A stretch of DNA of 64,000 nucleotides, taken from the IMG/VR virus record IMGVR_UViG_3300042431_000223, positions 1 to 64,000 of that record; one strand, given 5' to 3'. Positions 55,548 through 61,698 of the stretch are shown here, piece after piece. Numbering within the stretch: the stretch's first letter is position 1; each line of letters starts with the position of its first letter. The stretch is from a virus. Taxonomy: Duplodnaviria; Caudoviricetes. Under the pieces are notes generated by a model that worked only from the letters and a program-made list of their open reading frames with translations, searched no databases and was not told the DNA's origin. The position numbers and the translations under genes are program-made.

Positions 55548-55857
55548 ATTTACTCATCTTACCATTTACTTCTTGAGAACCTCTTATCTCAAGCTTGGCT
55601 TCTTCTTTTTCACGTAATTTGTCTACTACGTCTAACAACGCAAGATACTCTTTCATTGTATCTCGGATAGATTTTATTTGCTGTTCAATGGAAGCAATTA
55701 CCATTGGGATAGAACCTCCTTTAGAAGTCGGCTTCCATTCCACACGGTCTTTCAAAGAATTAAGAGGATTCTTATCTACATACTCTCTCCACTCTCCTAA
55801 TTTTTCTTCTGCCCAGTCTAACTCAGCAGAAATATAAGATTGTTTTTTCTGTGCCAT
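55540..55857 (-). CDS. Candidate terminase small subunit (start likely MAQKK at 55857)
   Basis: Helical protein of about 105 aa overlapping the TerL start; assignment rests on position only. Confidence 0.5.
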   Translation of the reverse strand: MAQKKQSYISAELDWAEEKLGEWREYVDKNPLNSLKDRVEWKPTSKGGSIPMVIASIEQQIKSIRDTMKEYLALLDVVDKLREKEEAKLEIRGSQEVNGKMSKFG

Positions 55858-55861
55858 ACTA

Positions 55862-56062
55862 TTAACTATCGTACTTTGCAATAAACTCAGCTATAGGAAG
55901 ATTACCAAAGTCTTCTAGAACGCGAGCATAAAAATCATCGTTGCGTCCTGTTTTACCATACGAGTATCCTACCTTCCAAAAAATCTTAGTTACAGTAAAT
56001 AAGTTATCTTGAAAAGTAGGATTACTCTCAGGCTTGGTTTGTTTGGTTGGTTGTTTTGTCAT
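55862..56062 (-). CDS. Hypothetical protein
   Basis: 66-aa ORF tightly packed between its neighbours. Confidence 0.6.
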   Translation of the reverse strand: MTKQPTKQTKPESNPTFQDNLFTVTKIFWKVGYSYGKTGRNDDFYARVLEDFGNLPIAEFIAKYDS

Positions 56063-56065
56063 AGA

Positions 56066-56221
56066 TTAAGATTTAATCTCTTCTAGCTTAGTGTCAGCTG
56101 GAAGATAATAAACTTCTACCCCACACTTGGTGCCTTTGTTTCCTCCGCAACCGTTAAGAATACGAAGTGATTTCTTCAGGTTAGAAATACCTGTTTTTGA
56201 TTTTAAAAATGGTTTTTTCAT
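56066..56221 (-). CDS. 51-aa hypothetical protein (below the ORF track cutoff)
   Basis: MKKPFLKSKTGISNLKKSLRILNGCGGNKGTKCGVEVYYLPADTKLEEIKS* fills the 56063-56232 gap. Confidence 0.6.
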   Translation of the reverse strand: MKKPFLKSKTGISNLKKSLRILNGCGGNKGTKCGVEVYYLPADTKLEEIKS

Positions 56222-56232
56222 ATAATATAGTT

Positions 56233-56607
56233 TTAAGGTTTCTTAATCCACTTTAGCTCTAGTTTCTTTTGAGAGTTTTTAGAGTTCCAGTCTTTAATAC
56301 CACAGTCACAAGTAAGACAAGCAGTCTTTAACTCGATAACACAACCACATAACGAACAATGAAAGTCGGATCTTCCTGTCGAGTATGGCTTGCCGTTGAG
56401 AGAATGATATTCGGGAGATACTGTTGCATTTCTTGAATTGTAGGGACAGTTAAGACATATATCCATTCTTTCACTAATACGTTCCTTATCATCATCATTT
56501 AGTAAATTGAATTCTTTCAATGTCTTGTTGCTGATGCCTTCCACTATCTTGTCCGCGTTCTTTACTCCCTGCTTCAGCAAGTTCATGTAATTTGCAAATG
56601 GATTCAT
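56233..56607 (-). CDS. Zn-finger-like protein (CxxC...CxxCxC...CxxCxC)
   Basis: ERMDICLNCP...HCSLCGCVIELKTACLTCDCG. Confidence 0.72.
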   Translation of the reverse strand: MNPFANYMNLLKQGVKNADKIVEGISNKTLKEFNLLNDDDKERISERMDICLNCPYNSRNATVSPEYHSLNGKPYSTGRSDFHCSLCGCVIELKTACLTCDCGIKDWNSKNSQKKLELKWIKKP

Positions 56608-57058
56608 ATAATTGGTCTAATCGGGTTTGTTGAAAATCTATTAATCTTTGCCTCTGTTTATAGTACATTGGCTTATCAAATATAGGCTCTTTTAAAAGTA
56701 TTTCGATTTTCTCTAAGCCTTCTTCGTATAACTTTTTGTAGTTGTCATAAATATCATTCATAAAACGCGCTCTGGTTTTAGTATGATACTTAGGAAACTT
56801 AACCATAAACTGAGCCATCTCTCGGTACCGTACTATGTTATAGTACAAGATGTTTGGAATGCATGCTGGGTTTGCTCTAAACATTCCAAGTCCTTTAAGA
56901 TATACTTGTTTAGTTTCGGTTTTCTTCAAAGAGTCTACTATCTCAGCTATGTACCAAGAATATACTTCATCTACATCTGCACTTTTGCATTCTAGTTCGC
57001 GTGCTACTGTGCTGTAGAGTCCAAATACTTTTAACTCTATTTGAAGATCTTTCCTCAT
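56495..57058 (-). CDS. HU/IHF-like DNA-binding protein with a C-terminal helical extension
   Basis: VARELECKSADVDEVYSWYIAEIVDSLKK..KQVYLKGLGMF matches the HU N-terminal pattern; its 3' end overlaps the next gene by 113 nt. Confidence 0.6.
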   Translation of the reverse strand: MRKDLQIELKVFGLYSTVARELECKSADVDEVYSWYIAEIVDSLKKTETKQVYLKGLGMFRANPACIPNILYYNIVRYREMAQFMVKFPKYHTKTRARFMNDIYDNYKKLYEEGLEKIEILLKEPIFDKPMYYKQRQRLIDFQQTRLDQLYESICKLHELAEAGSKERGQDSGRHQQQDIERIQFTK

Positions 57059-57435
57059 ACAGGAGTGTTCTCTGTTACACTAGGTTCTTCAGTTGTTGCT
57101 TTTTTAAATTTTCCTTTAGCTTCTAAAACAAAGTAAATAGTTAACCCAGCTTGAGTATCACTTTCAGGTTTCAATTTAGGATTGACGTTGTTCTTTAAAA
57201 GCAACTGCTGCTTTCTAAGTTTAGTAATAGTGTTTGAAATAACTTGTGTGCTTGTGCCAAACTTGTCTGCAATTTCTTTTTTAGTTTCGGAAGTTAAAGC
57301 TTTTCGATAACTAGAGTATGCCAAGATTGTTACAGATAAATCTGACAATCGGTATCCTGCAAGTCTTAATAATACGTCAATGTAATCCTTGTGAATGTAA
57401 ATAGGGTCGGGATATTTCCGCAAAAGTTTTTTCAT
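57055..57435 (-). CDS. Winged-HTH DNA-binding protein (RepL-like position in crAss-like phages)
   Basis: TKKEIADKFGTSTQVISNTITKLRKQQLL HTH motif. Confidence 0.7.
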   Translation of the reverse strand: MKKLLRKYPDPIYIHKDYIDVLLRLAGYRLSDLSVTILAYSSYRKALTSETKKEIADKFGTSTQVISNTITKLRKQQLLLKNNVNPKLKPESDTQAGLTIYFVLEAKGKFKKATTEEPSVTENTPV

Positions 57436-57465
57436 ACTGTGGTTGGTTGTCTGTTACAACTAATG

Positions 57466-57495
57466 CAAATATACCACTACAATATAAAAAGTCAA
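57466..57495 (-). promoter_or_regulatory. Bacteroidota sigma70-type promoter for the packaging operon
   Basis: TTG(57495-57493)-N19-TATATTTG(57473-57466); followed by CAGACAACCAACC in the 5' UTR. Confidence 0.82.
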
Positions 57496-57584
57496 GTCAT
57501 AAGTTATAACTAATTAAGTTAAAACAAAAACTTAACACAAAAAGTTAAGATACTGTTAATCTGGGAGAACCCAGTAAATACGGG

Positions 57585-58025
57585 CTACAGCTCCTTAATC
57601 AAATCAATTAAGCACTTCTCTACAGCTCTAGAATATGCTTTTTTATTGTGAGGAATTTCTTCAACCGTTAAGAACATTGCATTAACATATACAGTCTTTA
57701 CGTTCCTAGAATAATGTGTAATGTTATTAGCTGTGATAGACATATTGACTACATAATCCCTTTTTAATAACTGTATTCCTATAATGTTTATAAGCCGTTG
57801 GGGTAATGCAATTGTATTAATTGCTAGTTCTACTTTAATGCCTGTGTCACACAAAGCATATTTATTTGCAATTAATTGTTCTGCCGTAGCTACTACTCCA
57901 AAATCAACAGGTCTACCTGCTATAGTACGTAGGTGGGTGTGGTTGCGCACAGTGTCAATCTTATAACATTGAGCGTTTAGTGTAACTGCAAATGCAGTCA
58001 GTAGGATTATAATTAGTTTTTTCAT
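57585..58025 (-). CDS. Secreted protein, possibly a minimal CsgG/TolB_N-like fold
   Basis: Signal peptide MKKLIIILLTAFAVTLNA|Q; helix-strand order and C-terminal helix (KAYSRAVEKCLIDLIKEL) loosely parallel the CsgG-like gene. Confidence 0.65.
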   Translation of the reverse strand: MKKLIIILLTAFAVTLNAQCYKIDTVRNHTHLRTIAGRPVDFGVVATAEQLIANKYALCDTGIKVELAINTIALPQRLINIIGIQLLKRDYVVNMSITANNITHYSRNVKTVYVNAMFLTVEEIPHNKKAYSRAVEKCLIDLIKEL

Positions 58026-58027
58026 GG

Positions 58028-59011
58028 TTAATAAGTTACTTGTCCTGAGTATCCTGGAGCAATAAGATATAGATTTAGTGTGCCTCCTGTAGTAAGGGTT
58101 GAAGTCGTAAATGTACTTACTCCAGGATAAGTTGTGCGTACATTTACTTTAGATGCAACTATGGCATTATATTGAGCAAGTGTAAAGATTCTTACATCAG
58201 GCGCACTTCTCCATCGATTAAATCTTCCTGACTTTCTAGCAGATAAATAATACTTGTCTGCTATGTTTATTCTTCCATCATCATTAAGATCAAATCTATG
58301 ATAGGAAAGACCGTTAATTGTAGTCTTACCTAAGATAATATTAGAAATGCTTTGTATGTCTGTATTGGTGTAAGCCTGAACTCTAGTAGGAGCGTCTACC
58401 TCAATGTAATACTCTTTGGAGGGGTCGTAGGCTTCTGAGATAGAGTAATACCCTGCAGAGTTAGTGTAGATTGTTTTGTAAAGTGTCCACGAAGAAGTAG
58501 TTACTACATAATTAAATTCTAATACATAGGGAAGACTAACATTGTTAGGTAAGTCATTCCATCTACCATTAGATACAAACTGTACGTAGTCTTCGTTACC
58601 TGCGTTGTTTGGTTCTCCAGAGTTCCAGTTTTTATAAGAGTAAGTTTCTCCTGTTACCCATCTCCAAGTTCCCTCAGTTACTTCGTCTGTAAGTCCTATC
58701 CATCCTGAAGGCCAAATATTAAATATAAAACTTTGTTCTGCTGCACTAGTAATAGTTACTAAATAACCACCCATAGCTGCGCAGTTAGCCCTAGCAGTAG
58801 TCCAAGTAGCACTACCTGTAGAACGATAGTAAGAGTGTCCGTTATAATTTTGTTGGTTAGTAAATCCTGCAATAGTAGAGTTTGTTCTTCTGTAGAGTTT
58901 AACAGGTACGTTAGCTGCTCCAGAACCATTTGCATTATAGAGATACCCCGAATAATTAAATTGGGCTATTAGGGGAGTCGAGAATAAAAAAAGAACAATC
59001 AGCCATCTCAT
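58028..59011 (-). CDS. Secreted C-type lectin domain protein with a dockerin-like domain
   Basis: Signal peptide ...TPLIA|Q; CTLD (YNGHSY, GGYLVTITS, WIGLTD, W.SGEPNN, WND); dockerin-like DLNDDGRINIAD. Confidence 0.88.
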   Translation of the reverse strand: MRWLIVLFLFSTPLIAQFNYSGYLYNANGSGAANVPVKLYRRTNSTIAGFTNQQNYNGHSYYRSTGSATWTTARANCAAMGGYLVTITSAAEQSFIFNIWPSGWIGLTDEVTEGTWRWVTGETYSYKNWNSGEPNNAGNEDYVQFVSNGRWNDLPNNVSLPYVLEFNYVVTTSSWTLYKTIYTNSAGYYSISEAYDPSKEYYIEVDAPTRVQAYTNTDIQSISNIILGKTTINGLSYHRFDLNDDGRINIADKYYLSARKSGRFNRWRSAPDVRIFTLAQYNAIVASKVNVRTTYPGVSTFTTSTLTTGGTLNLYLIAPGYSGQVTY

Positions 59012-60393
59012 ATCTTTAATTTACCTCCCATTAAGATTTGATAGTTTACTATATCTTGATTTGCGATATATGTACCTCCCGCAGTCAAGCCAAATTTAAA
59101 AGTCTTAGTTATAGAGTAATTAATGTTTAGGAACGGAACTATAATAGGCTGAGACTCAAATAAACTTTCAGTGTAGTATTTTGTGTATGGTGCGTACACA
59201 CTAGCTGCGATAATGGTAGCATCAATATGTTTAGTTAGTTGTCCTTTATACATAAAACCACCAATTAATAAAGTAGAGATTACTTCTTCTTTAAATAACT
59301 CTCCATAAGAAGCGGCTGCTCCATACAGAGCTGTAAAGTTCTTTAACGAATTTACTCTTACAAAGAGCAGTGAGCCGTTGTAAGACCGAGGCATTAAGTT
59401 AATTCCAGCAGATAATACGTTAATGTGCTTATGCCCTTTTTTGTTAACGCCCATCCAAGATTGCATAGCATTAAAGTTTCCAATCTTTGCATTAACCATA
59501 TAGTCAGCAGACAATCCAATTGAAGCTGTGCCATCTCCTTTAACACGAGTGAAAGACATAGTACCACGTGCATCTTGTGCTTGGTCTTTGACTGTCTGAA
59601 CACCAACAATGTCTCCTGTAACTAGGATAGCTGGTTTCTGTGTTTCTACTTTACCTTTTGCTGCTGACTTTGCAGATGCACTTCCACCTGCTTGTTGTGT
59701 TTCAGATTTTTGTTCTTCTATTTTTTCAGGGGTTTTTTCTTCGGCTGGAGTTTCGCCTTCTCCTCCACTTCCACCACTTCCACTAGAACCTCCTTTAGAT
59801 TTGCTTCCAACACTTACTTGTCCTTGCGACGTATTGGACCCTTGTCCAGATGATTCCCCACCTTGACCAGAGTTATCCCCAGAATTACCAGTAGAATTAT
59901 TACCTCCATTACTACTAGACTTGTCGTTCGAACCTTCATTTTTACTGTCTGTTGTATTTGTTGTTCCTGAAGATGTTGTACTACCTATAGAAGTACTTGA
60001 TCCCATAGAAGTTGAAGATAAATCTAAACTAGATATTGAGTTTAAATTCATCACACTACTAACTAAAGATGTTACTGTATTAGTTGAAGTAGTGGTTGTA
60101 GTTGTTGAAAATACTCCTTCGCAGGGTTTAGAGTTCCGAAAATTCAAGTAGGTAGTATTTAACCAGTTGTCAAATGTACCGTCTTGAAGTTCTGCGTAAC
60201 TAAAACTTCTAACTTGCCTATAGTAACTAATCACTATAGGAGAGTTCATATCTGCGAATATAAACTTTAGCTCTTTTGTACACGGATCTGTGTACGAATA
60301 TGTAAAGGACTGAGCGTTTAAACCCAGTCCTATACACATAAACAAGATTAATATGTTAACTCTTAAAGACACCGTTTCTAATAAGGTTTTCAA
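59008..60393 (-). CDS. Secreted protein: small N-terminal domain, Ser/Gly/Asn linker, C-terminal outer-membrane beta-barrel-like domain
   Basis: Signal peptide ...GLGLNA|Q; two-Cys N-terminal domain; long low-complexity linker; amphipathic strands through to YQILMGGKLKI. Start codon uncertain (TTG 60393 or GTG 60372). Confidence 0.72.
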   Translation of the reverse strand: MKTLLETVSLRVNILILFMCIGLGLNAQSFTYSYTDPCTKELKFIFADMNSPIVISYYRQVRSFSYAELQDGTFDNWLNTTYLNFRNSKPCEGVFSTTTTTTSTNTVTSLVSSVMNLNSISSLDLSSTSMGSSTSIGSTTSSGTTNTTDSKNEGSNDKSSSNGGNNSTGNSGDNSGQGGESSGQGSNTSQGQVSVGSKSKGGSSGSGGSGGEGETPAEEKTPEKIEEQKSETQQAGGSASAKSAAKGKVETQKPAILVTGDIVGVQTVKDQAQDARGTMSFTRVKGDGTASIGLSADYMVNAKIGNFNAMQSWMGVNKKGHKHINVLSAGINLMPRSYNGSLLFVRVNSLKNFTALYGAAASYGELFKEEVISTLLIGGFMYKGQLTKHIDATIIAASVYAPYTKYYTESLFESQPIIVPFLNINYSITKTFKFGLTAGGTYIANQDIVNYQILMGGKLKI

Positions 60394-61045
60394 TCACTTT
60401 GGTAGTTGCTGTTTCAAGCGACTTTCGTGTTGCCTTACCTACGGTACTTTGAGAAAACTTCATATCGTCTAGAGATTTTAAGAATGACTCTCCTACTTTT
60501 ATAGATTCGCCTTCACCAGAACCAATGTAAATTTGTCCTGTTTTAGCGTCTACAAATCGAACTTGCAAACGGATAAAAGTAGTTACCACTACTTTAGCTT
60601 TTCCACCTTGTACGGTCTCGTCCTCGTCTACTGCAAAATCAGCAACGGTTACATAAACAAAGTAGTGAGCAGCTTTAATTTTTCCTTTGCCGTCAATAGG
60701 TTCTTCAAAGACTCCTTTTTTAGAAGCTTTGAACTGAGTTACCATCCTTTCCTTGATTTCACCCTTCTCTTCAGTAAATACAAAACGATTTGTCTCATCT
60801 AAATAATCTAATACGGATTCTGCAAAACCTAAACCTACATTCTTCTCTTGAAGACTTGGGTACATAGCCAACACTTTAGTCATGTCCATGCTAATTACTT
60901 GTACGTTCTTCTTAATAGAATCAGTATATCCAGACACGCTAGAAATATCTTTTTTCTCAATAACCTCATCCTCGGTTGTGGTCTTCATAGAACCACAACC
61001 ATAGATAAGGATTATTAACAGTAGGCTACCAAGGATCTTCTTCAT
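60356..61045 (-). CDS. CsgG/HfaB-family lipoprotein (start MKKIL at 61045)
   Basis: Lipoprotein signal MKKILGSLLLIILIYG|C; NVGLGFAESVLDYL...NRFVF..E; AAHYFVYVTVADF; IRLQVRFVDAKTGQI..GSGEG; FSQSTVGKATRKSLETA. Confidence 0.8.
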   Translation of the reverse strand: MKKILGSLLLIILIYGCGSMKTTTEDEVIEKKDISSVSGYTDSIKKNVQVISMDMTKVLAMYPSLQEKNVGLGFAESVLDYLDETNRFVFTEEKGEIKERMVTQFKASKKGVFEEPIDGKGKIKAAHYFVYVTVADFAVDEDETVQGGKAKVVVTTFIRLQVRFVDAKTGQIYIGSGEGESIKVGESFLKSLDDMKFSQSTVGKATRKSLETATTKVIENLIRNGVFKS

Positions 61046-61343
61046 CAGCTTGGGGTTTAGCGGCAGGAGTTGGAGCAGGAGCAGCTGCAGGTGCAGCTTT
61101 TTCTTTGATGATAATGGTTTTACCTCCACCATCAGTGTTTGCTTGTTGCTTCTGTTCGTTGTTCGTAGTGATGTTAATCACAGGTGCAGGGGCTGATACA
61201 GCAGTAGGAGTCTCAGCTTTTTCTTCGCCTCCACCTAAGTGAGTAGCAAACCAAGCACCACCTGCAGTAATTGCAGTAGTGATTGCTCCAATAATGGCTT
61301 TTTTAGCAGCGGACATACCGCCTTCTTCTTTTTCTTCTGACAT
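61026..61343 (-). CDS. Single-pass membrane protein with a Pro/Ala-rich tail (start MSEEK at 61343)
   Basis: AIIGAITTAITAGGAWFA TM followed by APAPVINITTNN and APAAAPAPTPAAKP. Confidence 0.7.
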   Translation of the reverse strand: MSEEKEEGGMSAAKKAIIGAITTAITAGGAWFATHLGGGEEKAETPTAVSAPAPVINITTNNEQKQQANTDGGGKTIIIKEKAAPAAAPAPTPAAKPQADEEDPW

Positions 61344-61347
61344 AATA

Positions 61348-61698
61348 TTATGGATTAGTTGTGTTTGACAAAGATACACCATCTTCCTCATCTACTTTTT
61401 GGATAAGCATTTTGTCTCTGTCTTCAGAATTGAACCAGTAGTCAACTACTTTGTTCAAGTTACCGACAAATGCTCCTAAGAGGATAAGCAACATTTCTTT
61501 CCAGTCTTCTCCAATAGATGCTCCCAAGAAGACAGCAGCATTAATACCGACAATGATTAGGGTAAACAAGCCTAACACAATGGCAGTGATTCTCCAACGG
61601 TTAGCTTGCATTTGTTGTAGCATGTAGTAGAAACGATTGTTATCTGGTACTGCTACGGGCTCTGCTTGGCCAAAACCAAGTTTGTCTTTTAGTTTCAT
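61348..61698 (-). CDS. Two-TM membrane protein
   Basis: ITAIVLGLFTLIIVGINAAVFL and MLLILLGAFVGNL segments; ATGA overlap with the upstream gene. Confidence 0.72.
   Translation of the reverse strand: MKLKDKLGFGQAEPVAVPDNNRFYYMLQQMQANRWRITAIVLGLFTLIIVGINAAVFLGASIGEDWKEMLLILLGAFVGNLNKVVDYWFNSEDRDKMLIQKVDEEDGVSLSNTTNP

Noticed and set aside
57500-57575. AT-rich TTAAC/GTTAA repeats and a CTGGG/CCCAG hairpin, a possible origin or terminator (similar TTAACTT/AAGTTAA at 29390-29406)
   Set aside because: These are short, low-complexity matches expected in AT-rich DNA; there is no iteron-like regularity and no U-tract.
59640-60120. Curlin (CsgA/B) repeats in the Ser/Gly/Asn linker
   Set aside because: It lacks the regular ~22-aa N-x5-Q-x-G-x2-N periodicity; it is kept only as a generic low-complexity linker.
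60356-61391. ORF-track starts at 61132 and 61391 (also 768, 43938, 55881)
   Set aside because: Downstream ATGs give proper signal peptides or anchors and minimal overlaps, so shorter starts were used.
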